A DNA stretch of 62,060 nucleotides from Gemmatimonadota bacterium. Lineage in GTDB: Bacteria > Gemmatimonadota > Gemmatimonadetes > JACCXV01 > JAHWKZ01. The translations under genes were made by a program, and so were the position numbers. Location of the stretch: positions 1 to 62,060 of the forward strand of contig JBHEOA010000102.1 in assembly GCA_046261835.1 (NCBI GenBank), given 5' to 3'. Below are positions 33,964 to 42,732 of this stretch, one piece after another; position 1 is the first letter of the stretch, and every line of letters begins with the position of its first letter. The notes under the pieces were generated by a model. That model made no database searches. It was not told where the DNA came from and saw nothing but the letters and a program-made list of their open reading frames with translations.

Positions 33964-34721
33964 GGTCCATCTTCCTCGCGCTCGCGATCGCGCTGGGGGG
34001 CGGCTGCGCCACCACGATCGAGCAGCAAGCCCGCGATGCCGCGGAAGGCGGGATCGATCCCGCCCCGCTGATCACCGCCCTTCAGGCGCAGTACGGCAGC
34101 ATCGAGGCGACCAAGCGGATCTTCGACGTGACCTTGATCGAGGGTCGTCGGCGCTTCCGTGGTGAGGGTGCCGTCCAGTATCGCGCCGAGCCGCGGCGCC
34201 TGCGGGCCGATATCTTTGGTCCCCACGGCGCGCCGGTCCTGCGTCTCACTCTGGTCGGCGATTCGCTCACCCTCGTTCTGCCACGGGAGGACGAGGTCGT
34301 GACTGGCCGGCTCGGCGATCCCCGCTTCGCCGAGCTGGCTGGCGAGCGTGCGCTGGCGAACCCCGAGATCCTCGGGGCCGTCCTGGGGGCCTACGATCTC
34401 ACTCCACTGCTGCAGGGGGCGCGACTGGTGGCGGCGAGCGACGGGGAGCGTTCCACCCTGTACGTGGTGAAGGGCGTGACGGCCCACGCCTTCACGCTGG
34501 AGTCCGCAGCGGGTGACCACCGCCTCGTCGAGTACCGCCAGGGGCGCCAAGGCCACCTCGCCTATCGCGTCCGGTTCGCGGATTTCCAGGACGTCGCTGG
34601 CCGCCTGAGCCCGCGGCATGTCGTCGTGCGGGACTACGTCGTGGAGCGCACCCTTGTCGTCGATGTCACGCAGGAGCACGAGGATGTCCCGATCGATCCG
34701 ACGTCGTCGCCCGGGCGCTAG
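33960..34721 (+). CDS. LolB/DUF4292-like lipoprotein
   Basis: Lipobox GGGC; RLRADIFGPHGAPVLRLTL.GD.LTL resembles the LolB beta sheet and hook loop (recall-based). Confidence 0.55.
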   Translation: MRSIFLALAIALGGGCATTIEQQARDAAEGGIDPAPLITALQAQYGSIEATKRIFDVTLIEGRRRFRGEGAVQYRAEPRRLRADIFGPHGAPVLRLTLVGDSLTLVLPREDEVVTGRLGDPRFAELAGERALANPEILGAVLGAYDLTPLLQGARLVAASDGERSTLYVVKGVTAHAFTLESAAGDHRLVEYRQGRQGHLAYRVRFADFQDVAGRLSPRHVVVRDYVVERTLVVDVTQEHEDVPIDPTSSPGR

Positions 34722-35220
34722 GATTCCGCTCAGCGCCGGCCTCGCCGGGGTCCTGTTGCTCGCGGCGTGTGGCTACTCGTTCCGCTCGCCGGTTCCCCCG
34801 CATCTCGAGACGATCTACGTGCCAACCTTCGAAAACGATACTCGTGAATTCGCCCTCACCCAGGAGCTCACCGATCGTGTCATTACCGAGTTCCAGAACG
34901 AGTCGCGATTACGATTCGTCGGCGACGAGGAAGAGGCCGACCTCGTGGTGCGCGGCACGATCAACGAATATCGCGAAGAGGCGCTGTCGTACGACCCGCG
35001 TACCGGCGCCAACCCCGATGTCTTCTCGCGCCGCGTGCTGGTGAGCGTCGACGTCGAGATCGAGGATCAGGTGAGGGACGAGACGCTGTGGGAGAGTCCC
35101 TCTCTCACGATGTGGGGCGAGTTCAACGAAGAGCGACAGGAAACGCGGGAGACGGGAATCGAGCGGGCCCTCGAGAAGATTGCGGAAGAGATCCTTCGCC
35201 ACGTGGCGGAAGAGTTCTGA
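34684..35220 (+). CDS. lptE: LPS assembly lipoprotein LptE
   Basis: LAACGYSF lipobox, IYVPTFENDT, A(D)LVVRG.I..Y; AGGAG SD 7 nt upstream. Confidence 0.82.
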   Translation: MSRSIRRRRPGARIPLSAGLAGVLLLAACGYSFRSPVPPHLETIYVPTFENDTREFALTQELTDRVITEFQNESRLRFVGDEEEADLVVRGTINEYREEALSYDPRTGANPDVFSRRVLVSVDVEIEDQVRDETLWESPSLTMWGEFNEERQETRETGIERALEKIAEEILRHVAEEF

Positions 35221-35226
35221 ATCGCG

Positions 35227-35586
35227 ATGTTTCGTGCCCTGATCTGGTTGGCCCTGCTCGGAATCGGCGCCTACATTTGCTATCAGTATGCTGCGCCGCA
35301 GCTTCGGGCATGGCGGTTCCATGACGCCATGAAACAGGGCGTGCGGTTAGCCGGCACTCAACCCGATGAGGACCTGCGCGCGACGTTGATGGAGACCGCG
35401 CGCGAGCTTCGCGTGCCGCTGGCACGCAACCGTCTGATGGTGCGACGCGACCCTACCGGTCGCTTGCGCGTCAGCGCTTCGTGGCGCGAGATCGTTCGCA
35501 TCCCGACGTGGAAGCTCGGCGAGTGGGTCGACACCTTGCACTACGGGTACGAGGTCGAAGGAAACGCACGAGGATCATCACGATGA
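35227..35586 (+). CDS. Membrane-anchored hypothetical protein (DUF4845-like)
   Basis: N-terminal TM helix, an alpha helix, then a beta meander. Confidence 0.55.
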   Translation: MFRALIWLALLGIGAYICYQYAAPQLRAWRFHDAMKQGVRLAGTQPDEDLRATLMETARELRVPLARNRLMVRRDPTGRLRVSASWREIVRIPTWKLGEWVDTLHYGYEVEGNARGSSR

Positions 35587-36095
35587 GTCCCCTACTCAAG
35601 CGCCAGGTGCTGGTCCTGAATCAGAACTACGAACCGCTGGCGGTGTGTCACGCGCAGCGGGCCGTGATCCTCGTCGTCCTGGGCAAAGCCGAGATCGTCG
35701 AGCGCTACGACGCGGTCGTCCGCTCGGTTTCACGCGCCGTCCCCGTCCCTTCGGTCGTGCGGCTCTGCATCTACGTCCGGGCGCCACGTCAGCGGGTCGC
35801 GCTGACCCGGCGCAACGTGCTGCGGCGGGACGGCTATCGCTGTCAGTACTGCAACAGTCGCCGCGGTCCGATGACGACCGACCACGTCGTTCCACGCGCC
35901 CTGGGCGGCCGCGACACCTGGACCAACCTGGTGTGCGCGTGCGTGCGCTGTAACAATCGCAAGGGGAATCGAACCCCCGAGCAGGCGGAAATGGAGCTGC
36001 GGCGCCTTCCGAGGCCACCTCATCGTTTCACCCCGATCGCGTTCGCGACCGCGATCCCCGACAAGCGCTGGCGCCCGTATCTGTTTCTAGACTAG
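35583..36095 (+). CDS. HNH endonuclease (McrA-like)
   Basis: VLVLNQNYEP, RDGYRCQYC, DHVVPRALGG, NLVCACVRCNNRKG. Confidence 0.9.
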   Translation: MSPLLKRQVLVLNQNYEPLAVCHAQRAVILVVLGKAEIVERYDAVVRSVSRAVPVPSVVRLCIYVRAPRQRVALTRRNVLRRDGYRCQYCNSRRGPMTTDHVVPRALGGRDTWTNLVCACVRCNNRKGNRTPEQAEMELRRLPRPPHRFTPIAFATAIPDKRWRPYLFLD

Positions 36096-36113
36096 CGGCC
36101 TCGGGGGGCGGGG

Positions 36114-37394
36114 ATGCCGGAAGCCGCCAACCTCATTGACGTCGGCCTCGTCGAGGTCGGACACTTCCTCTTCATCATGATAATCATCCTGCTGGCTGCG
36201 AAGCTGGCGGGGGAGATCTTCGAACGGATCGGCCAGCCAGCGGTGTTGGGGGAGCTGGTGGCGGGCGTCATCGTGGGAGGGTCTGTCCTCGGGCTGGTGC
36301 CGGTGGACCCCGCCGACCCGTACGGCTCGATCGTCCACGTGATGGCCGAGATCGGAGTGGCGATCCTGCTGTTCGAGATCGGCCTCGAGACCGACCTGCG
36401 GCAGATGTTCCACGTCGGCTCCGCGGCGATGACGGTGGCCGTGGTTGGCGTCGTTCTCCCGTTCCTGTTCGGCTATCTGTTCTGGCATGCCTACGAGGGC
36501 GGGGCGAGCTTGACGGCGATCTTCGTCGGGGCCACGCTGACCGCGACTTCGGTGGGGATCACGGCCAGGGTCCTGACCGACCTCGGCAAGATCTCCACGT
36601 CCGAAGCACGCATCATCATCGGCGCGGCCGTGATCGACGACATCCTGGGTCTTCTCATTCTGGCGGTTGTCGATGGGCTCGCCGCCACGGGATCGATCTC
36701 GATCCTCGCCGTCGCGAAGGTCTTCGGTCTGGCGATCGGCTTCCTCGCGGTTGCGATGGCGATCGGCCTCGCGACCGCTCGCTGGCTTTTCGAGCTGGTC
36801 AATCGGATGCGCGTGCGCGGTGTCCTCGTGACCTTCGCGTTCGGCTTCGCACTTCTTCTGGCCTATTTCGCCGATCGGGCGGGATTGGCGCCGATCATCG
36901 GGGCCTTCGCGGCCGGACTCATCCTCTCGCGAACGAATCAGTTCGATACGATCGTCGAGCAGATCAAGCCGGTGGCCGACGTCTTCACACCGATCTTCTT
37001 CATCTCGGTCGGGGCGGCGGTCGACGTTTCGATTCTCGACCCCCGCTCGGCGAGCAACCGTGCAGTGTTGTTGGTCGGCGCGGGGCTCTTCCTCATCGCC
37101 GTTCTCGGCAAAGTGGCGGCGGGGTACAGCGTGTTTTGGCGCCCCATCCACAAGCTGGCGGTGGGGGTGGGGATGGTCCCCCGCGGCGAGGTGGGGCTCA
37201 TCTTCGCCCAAATCGGCCTCCTGGGGGGGATCCTGACCCAGGACGTCTTCTCGGCCCTCCTCATCATGGTGATGGGCACGACGCTGATCACCCCGCCCCT
37301 CCTCAAGCTCCTGTTCGAGCGCGGCGTGCATCCGGGGGAAGTGGGAGAGCGACCGCCGATCCACCTGCCTCCCGCCCACGAGCACGGCGAATGA
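36114..37394 (+). CDS. Cation:proton antiporter (CPA2-like)
   Basis: About 12 hydrophobic segments; QPAVLGEL, LFEIGLE, ATSVGIT, AVIDD, GMVPRGEVGL. Confidence 0.9.
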   Translation: MPEAANLIDVGLVEVGHFLFIMIIILLAAKLAGEIFERIGQPAVLGELVAGVIVGGSVLGLVPVDPADPYGSIVHVMAEIGVAILLFEIGLETDLRQMFHVGSAAMTVAVVGVVLPFLFGYLFWHAYEGGASLTAIFVGATLTATSVGITARVLTDLGKISTSEARIIIGAAVIDDILGLLILAVVDGLAATGSISILAVAKVFGLAIGFLAVAMAIGLATARWLFELVNRMRVRGVLVTFAFGFALLLAYFADRAGLAPIIGAFAAGLILSRTNQFDTIVEQIKPVADVFTPIFFISVGAAVDVSILDPRSASNRAVLLVGAGLFLIAVLGKVAAGYSVFWRPIHKLAVGVGMVPRGEVGLIFAQIGLLGGILTQDVFSALLIMVMGTTLITPPLLKLLFERGVHPGEVGERPPIHLPPAHEHGE

Positions 37395-37410
37395 GCTGCG
37401 AGCGCGAACG

Positions 37411-38172
37411 GTGAACGAAACGCCGCCGGACCGCCCGCTCCTTTCCGTCGTCGTACCGGCTTATGACGAGCGACCGACGATCGCTGCGCTCCTCGAAAGG
37501 GTGGCGCGGGCGCCGTACACGAAGGAGATCATCGTCGTCGACGACGCCTCGACCGACGGCACGCGCGAGTTCCTCGAAGGCGTGGCGCGGGGGGAGACGA
37601 CGTATACCGACGCGGAGGGAAGACCAGTGCGTGTCCGGGTCCTGCTCCAGGACCGTAACCGTGGGAAGGGGGCCGCCGTCAAGCGGGGGTTCCAGGCCGC
37701 CAACGGCGAGGTCGTGCTCGTGCAGGATGCAGACCTCGAGTACGACCCCGCCGACTACCCCTTGCTGGTCGAGCCGATCCGGGCGCGGCTGGCCGACGTC
37801 GTCTACGGCTCGCGGTTTCTGGGAGGCCCCCAGCGCGTCCACATGTTCTGGCACTACATGGGGAACAAGTTGGTGACGCTGCTGTCCAACATGCTGACCA
37901 ACCTCAAGCTGAGCGATATGGAAACCGGCTACAAGGCGTTCCGGCGCGAGGTCGTCGAGAGCATCGGACCCACGCTCGTGTCGGAGCGGTTCGGGTTCGA
38001 ACCCGAGATCACCGCCAAGGTCGCCCGCGCCGGTTATCGCATATACGAGACGCCGATCGCCTACCACGGCCGCGACTATGACGAGGGGAAGAAGATCACC
38101 TGGAAGGACGGCTTGGCCGCGGCGGTACACATCATCCGATTCCGATTCTCGCGGAACGGTCCCCGGCGATGA
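37411..38172 (+). CDS. Glycosyltransferase family 2 (polyprenol-phosphate glycosyltransferase-like)
   Basis: VVPAYDE, VDDASTDG, NRGKG, QDADLEYDP, GSRF, DMETGYK, FGFEPE. Confidence 0.9.
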   Translation: MNETPPDRPLLSVVVPAYDERPTIAALLERVARAPYTKEIIVVDDASTDGTREFLEGVARGETTYTDAEGRPVRVRVLLQDRNRGKGAAVKRGFQAANGEVVLVQDADLEYDPADYPLLVEPIRARLADVVYGSRFLGGPQRVHMFWHYMGNKLVTLLSNMLTNLKLSDMETGYKAFRREVVESIGPTLVSERFGFEPEITAKVARAGYRIYETPIAYHGRDYDEGKKITWKDGLAAAVHIIRFRFSRNGPRR

Positions 38173-39185
38173 TCGTTCCGCAGCTCGAAGCCTTGAGCCA
38201 AGGGCAGCAGACCGGAAGCCAGCCGGCCGACACCACCGCCGCGGCGGATACGACTGCGGGGTTGGATCAGATCAGCGAGCTCGTCGACCGCATCACGGAG
38301 ATTCGCTCGTGGTCGGATCTGTGGGAGCTCATCGGGCAATTCCAGGTCGGGCTCCTGGCCTTCGTCGGCAATCTGTTCAAGGGTTTCATCGTCCTCGTCC
38401 TCTTCCTCGCGATCTACCTGATCGTCCGGACAGCACTCAGACGCGTATTCAAACGATCGCGCGTCGAAGAGGATGCGGCCGAGCTCCTGCTCACCACGAT
38501 CAAGTTCGTCGTACTCGGTTTGGCCATCATTGTGGCGCTCGACCAGGTGGGCTTCAACATGACCGGATTGCTCGCCGGCCTCGGGGTCGCCGGCCTGGCG
38601 CTCGGCTTCGCCGCCAAGGATACTCTCGCGAACTTCATCGCCGGCATCACGATCCTCATGGATCGACCATTCCGAGTCGGCGATCGGGTCGAGATCGACG
38701 ATGAGTTCGGGCAGGTGAAGAAGATCACGCTGCGCTCGACCCGCATTCATACCAACCAGAACAAAGTGGTCATCATCCCCAACCAGAACGTTGCCAACAA
38801 CACGATCATCAATCACACGATGCAGGCCTCGCTCAGGCTCGATATCCCGTTCGGGATCGGCTATGACGAGGACATTCGCGAAGCGCGCGATGTCGTGCTG
38901 GCCCAGACGGAAGGAGACGAACGGTTGCGCGAGCGGCCCGGGCCCGAGGTGGTCGTCGCCGAGCTCGCCGACTCGGCGGTCGTGCTGGCGCTCAGGATCT
39001 GGCTCAAGAATCCACATCAGGAGATTCCGCTCGGGTTCGAGTATCGGGAGAAGATCAAGCGGTCACTGGACGACGCGGGGATCGTCATCCCCTTCCCCCA
39101 CCTGTCGCTGCTCGTCGAACAGCTGCCCGAGCCGGCTTCTTCCACCTCGCCCACCGGCGAGAGCGGCGCTGAGGAACCTCGGTGA
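38169..39185 (+). CDS. mscS: Small-conductance mechanosensitive channel MscS
   Basis: GLALGFAAKDTLAN, RPFRVGD, I.LRST, IPN, GIVIPFP. Confidence 0.9.
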   Translation: MIVPQLEALSQGQQTGSQPADTTAAADTTAGLDQISELVDRITEIRSWSDLWELIGQFQVGLLAFVGNLFKGFIVLVLFLAIYLIVRTALRRVFKRSRVEEDAAELLLTTIKFVVLGLAIIVALDQVGFNMTGLLAGLGVAGLALGFAAKDTLANFIAGITILMDRPFRVGDRVEIDDEFGQVKKITLRSTRIHTNQNKVVIIPNQNVANNTIINHTMQASLRLDIPFGIGYDEDIREARDVVLAQTEGDERLRERPGPEVVVAELADSAVVLALRIWLKNPHQEIPLGFEYREKIKRSLDDAGIVIPFPHLSLLVEQLPEPASSTSPTGESGAEEPR

Positions 39186-39997
39186 GTCGGCTGGCGGCGG
39201 TGGCCGAGGAGACGCTCGTCCAGGGAGATGGTCTGCCGCGCCTCGAGGTACGGTGGCCGGGGTCCGGGCCGGTGGCAGCAGTGACGACACGGCCTCTCAA
39301 CTTCGGTCGTGATACCGAGTCGCCGGCGCGAGAGGTGGCCGCGGCGCACCGCGCCCTTCGCGACTGGGCATGGCCGAGGTTCCACCTCATCGTTGGAGCG
39401 GCCCAGGTCCACGGCTCCCGGCTCTTCCACGCCGACGGGGCCGACATCCCCGAGGCAGAGCCGGTCGGCCCGGCCTCCCTGCGGCTCACCGGGTACGACG
39501 GGTTCATGACGAGCACGTCGGGTGTCCTCCTGACGGTGGGCGTGGCGGACTGCGCGCCGGTCTTCATCTGGGCGCCCGGGTCGCGCGCTCTGGCGCTCCT
39601 TCACGCCGGCTGGCGTGGCGTCGCCGCGGGTATCCTCGACCGCGCGATCGCCGCCTTCTCGTCTTCCTACGGGACCGGTGCGGAGGAGCTCACCGTGTGG
39701 TGGGGCCCCGCGATCGGGCCGTGCTGCTACCCGGTGGGGGAGGAGGTGGTCGAAGCGATCCGGGCGACCACGGCCGGACCGGACACCGAAGGATGGGTGC
39801 GGAACGAAGGCTCGCGACCGCACGTCGACCTGCGCGCAGCGCTCACCCGCCAGGCCGTCACCGCAGGCATCGCGCCGGAAGCAGTCGGCGGATCCGCCCG
39901 GTGCACCGCCTGCGACCCGGTCCTCCACTCGTACCGTCGCGCCCTTGGGGGTGGGGGGCGTATGTTAGGGGTCGCGGGATTCTCCGTCGTCGCCTAA
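39182..39997 (+). CDS. pgeF: Purine nucleoside phosphorylase/peptidoglycan editing factor PgeF (YfiH)
   Basis: QVHG, VADCAP, HAGWRG, GPAIGPCCY.VG. Confidence 0.88.
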   Translation: MSRLAAVAEETLVQGDGLPRLEVRWPGSGPVAAVTTRPLNFGRDTESPAREVAAAHRALRDWAWPRFHLIVGAAQVHGSRLFHADGADIPEAEPVGPASLRLTGYDGFMTSTSGVLLTVGVADCAPVFIWAPGSRALALLHAGWRGVAAGILDRAIAAFSSSYGTGAEELTVWWGPAIGPCCYPVGEEVVEAIRATTAGPDTEGWVRNEGSRPHVDLRAALTRQAVTAGIAPEAVGGSARCTACDPVLHSYRRALGGGGRMLGVAGFSVVA

Positions 39998-40001
39998 GGG
40001 C

Positions 40002-40029
40002 TTGCCCCAGCGCGGGTTTCGGGTATATT
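40002..40029 (+). promoter_or_regulatory. Putative sigma70 promoter of the rimP-nusA-infB operon
   Basis: TTGCCC-N16-TATATT. Confidence 0.6.
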
Positions 40030-40038
40030 GAACTTCCG

Positions 40039-40065
40039 AGTGGGGCGTCGCGCCCCACTTTTTTT
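40039..40065 (+). terminator. rimP leader attenuator / intrinsic terminator
   Basis: AGTGGGGCG-TCG-CGCCCCACT followed by T6, ~10 nt after the -10 box. It resembles the widespread AGTGGG..CCCACTTTTT rimP leader. Confidence 0.8.
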
Positions 40066-40139
40066 CTGACGGCGGCCGCGTGCGGAGGCAGGATCCCAGA
40101 AAGGCCGGGATCCCTGAACGGTTGGCCGCGCCTCGCCCC

Positions 40140-40607
40140 ATGGTGGATCGCGAACGGCTGACGGCCCTGATCGAGCCCGTCGTCGAGCGGGAGGGGGCCG
40201 AGCTCGTCGACCTCGAGGTCGCGGGGTCGCTCGGCCGCCCGATCGTGCGCGCCTACGTCGACACCGAGGGTGGCGTCACTCTCGATGAGTGCGCCCGGCT
40301 CTCGCGCCGCCTCGAGGAGATGCTGGAGTCGGCGGGGGCGGTGCCCGAGCGGTACGTGCTCGAGGTCTCGAGTCCCGGCATCGAACGGCCCCTCACGAAG
40401 CGGGTCCATTTCGAGCGTTACCTCGGGCGCGAGGTCACGGTGCGGCTCCACCACAAGCGCGACGGTCAGAAGCGATTCGTGGGCACGCTGGAGGGGATCG
40501 AGGACCGCGACGCGGGGTCTTACGCGATCACGATCGCCGATCCCAATCACCGGTGGACGTTCGACGCCACCGAGATCGCCCGCGCCCGCCTCCACGTGAA
40601 GTGGTGA
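40140..40607 (+). CDS. rimP: Ribosome maturation factor RimP
   Basis: GVTLDECARLSR, YVLEVSSPGIERPL, ARL. Confidence 0.93.
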   Translation: MVDRERLTALIEPVVEREGAELVDLEVAGSLGRPIVRAYVDTEGGVTLDECARLSRRLEEMLESAGAVPERYVLEVSSPGIERPLTKRVHFERYLGREVTVRLHHKRDGQKRFVGTLEGIEDRDAGSYAITIADPNHRWTFDATEIARARLHVKW

Positions 40608-40631
40608 GCGGACTATCAAGGAGATGAACGA

Positions 40632-42386
40632 ATGGCCATGGAAATCCTCGACGCGTTCGGTCAACTGACGCGCGAAAAAGCGCTCGACAAGGGCGAGGTC
40701 GTCGAGCTCGTCAAGGCGGGGATGCTGGCCGCCGTGCGGCGGAAGTATGGCGCCGAATCCAACGCGGAAATCCTGGTCGATCCAGCGACGGGCGAGATCT
40801 CGATCTATCTACTCAAGGAAATCGTGGCCAGCGACGCCGAGCTCGAAGATCCGACCCGCCAGATGACGGTCGACGAGGCCAAAGCGCTCCCCTACGAGAA
40901 CGAGCCGTGGGGCGACGGCGAGCCCGAGCCCGGCATGGTCGCCGAGATCCCGCTCGACTTCCATACATTCGGCCGCAACGCCATCCAGGCGGCCAAGCAA
41001 ATGATCATCCAGAAGGTGCGCGAGGAGGAGCGCGAGCGGATCCGCGAGGAGTACGCTGACAAAGTCGGGCAGCTGGTCACCGGGACCGTTCAGCAGGTCG
41101 ACCGCGGCAACGCGCTGGTGTTCCTCGATCGGCGGACCGAGGCGATCCTTCCGGCTCGCGAACAAGTCCGGCGCGAGTATCTGCGTCAGGGCGAGTCGGT
41201 GCGGTCGCTCTTGCTCGACATCAAGGAGACGAGCAAAGGGCCGCAGCTGATCCTCAGTCGCACCCATCCCGATTTCGTCCGTCAGCTCTTCGCGCTCGAA
41301 GTTCCCGAAGTGTTTCAGGGAATCGTCGAGATCCGCGCCATCGCGCGCGAGCCCGGCAGCCGCTCCAAGATCGCGGTGTGGTCGCGCGACCCGCACGTCG
41401 ATCCAGTGGGCGCCTGTGTCGGGCTCAAGGGAAGCCGCGTCCAAGCGGTCGTCTCTGAGCTCGGCGGCGAGCGGATCGACATCGTGCCGTGGACCGACGA
41501 CCCGCGTCAGTTCATCGCGCAGTCGCTGTCGCCGGCAGAGGTATACAAGATCATCCTCCACGAGCCGGGCGGAGGGATCGACGACAGTGGACTCTTCACC
41601 GAGTCGTTCCGCCGTTCACCGTTCGCCAAGCCCCAGCCACGTTTCCGAGGGCCCACTGCCGCCCCGGCGCCGTTCCAACCGGCGAGCCCGGAAGAGACCG
41701 CAGCCGTGCTCGAGGAATCGAAGCATGCGCTCGAGGAAGCCGCGCGCCGCGAGGCGAAGGGCGAGGAGGCCACGATCGAGACCGAGGCTGAGACCGCGGC
41801 CGAGGTCGAGCCGCAAGCGCCGCGGCCGCCCGAGAAGCGCGCTACGGTCGTATGCGCCGAGGACCAGCTGTCGCTGGCAATCGGGCGCGCCGGGCAGAAC
41901 GTGCGGCTGGCGTCCAAGCTGACCGGATACAAGATCGACCTCATCAGCAAGTCCGATTATCTGGCCAAAGAGGAGCAGATCCTCTTCGGCCGCAAGGCGG
42001 AGCCCGAGCCCACGCCCGCCTCGGCCGGGGGGGAGGTGGAGGCTGTCGAGGGCGAGGCCGTCGACTTCCCGCTCCAGAGAGTCCCGGGAATCGCGCCCGA
42101 GACCGTCACGGCGCTCGCGGCCCAGGGGTACACGACGTTCAACGACATCATCAATCTGGAGGTCGAGGAGCTGGCCGCGATCCCGGGCATCGACGAACCG
42201 ACGGCCGCCCTGTTGATGGAGATCATCGACGAGCTGACGGTCGAGGTCGATGAGGAGTGGGACGAGGAGGCCGGCGGGTACGTGGAGTCCGGCGCGCAAA
42301 CGGTCGAGCGGGCCACCGAAGGGGCCACCGAGGGGGCCACCGCGGAAGATGGCAGAGCCGAGGAGCGCGAGCCCGCCGAAGGATGA
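40632..42386 (+). CDS. nusA: Transcription termination/antitermination factor NusA
   Basis: FGRNAIQAAKQ, SRTHP, AREPGSRSKIAV, GACVG.KG.R, LSLAIGRAGQNVRLASKLTG; C-terminal acidic HhH repeat. Confidence 0.96.
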   Translation: MAMEILDAFGQLTREKALDKGEVVELVKAGMLAAVRRKYGAESNAEILVDPATGEISIYLLKEIVASDAELEDPTRQMTVDEAKALPYENEPWGDGEPEPGMVAEIPLDFHTFGRNAIQAAKQMIIQKVREEERERIREEYADKVGQLVTGTVQQVDRGNALVFLDRRTEAILPAREQVRREYLRQGESVRSLLLDIKETSKGPQLILSRTHPDFVRQLFALEVPEVFQGIVEIRAIAREPGSRSKIAVWSRDPHVDPVGACVGLKGSRVQAVVSELGGERIDIVPWTDDPRQFIAQSLSPAEVYKIILHEPGGGIDDSGLFTESFRRSPFAKPQPRFRGPTAAPAPFQPASPEETAAVLEESKHALEEAARREAKGEEATIETEAETAAEVEPQAPRPPEKRATVVCAEDQLSLAIGRAGQNVRLASKLTGYKIDLISKSDYLAKEEQILFGRKAEPEPTPASAGGEVEAVEGEAVDFPLQRVPGIAPETVTALAAQGYTTFNDIINLEVEELAAIPGIDEPTAALLMEIIDELTVEVDEEWDEEAGGYVESGAQTVERATEGATEGATAEDGRAEEREPAEG

Positions 42387-42414
42387 GGTCTCTCCGGCCG
42401 CGCGCAAGGCGCGC

Positions 42415-42726
42415 ATGGCGGCCCTCGTCCGCCAGGCCCGTCGCGCGGGGCGCGTTGTAATCGGCGTCAAGCTCAACCGGGAAGCCGCCCGCAACAGGCG
42501 CGTTGCGGCGGTCTTCGTCGCGGATGACCTCGCGCAAGCGCGGCGCGAAGCTCTCGTCGAGGCATGGCGAGAGTCGGGGATCGCGATCTATCGCGGATGG
42601 AGCAAGGACGAGCTCGGAGAGTTGGCCGGGCGCGCGGCGGTGGCCGTGCTCGGCTTGACCGATCGGAACATCGCGGCAGGCCTCGAGACAATCGAGGTCG
42701 CGTCGCGGAAGGAAACCAAGGAGTAG
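42415..42726 (+). CDS. L7Ae/L30e/YlxQ-family RNA-binding protein
   Basis: ARRAGRVVIG, VADD, ELGELAGR..VAVLGLTD; position between nusA and infB. Confidence 0.8.
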   Translation: MAALVRQARRAGRVVIGVKLNREAARNRRVAAVFVADDLAQARREALVEAWRESGIAIYRGWSKDELGELAGRAAVAVLGLTDRNIAAGLETIEVASRKETKE

Positions 42727-42732
42727 GGATTC

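Noticed and set aside
42383-42460. Out-of-frame ATG overlapping the nusA stop, suggesting a frameshift in the L7Ae gene
   Set aside because: The conserved L7Ae N-terminal motif begins at the in-frame ATG 42415, so no frameshift is needed.
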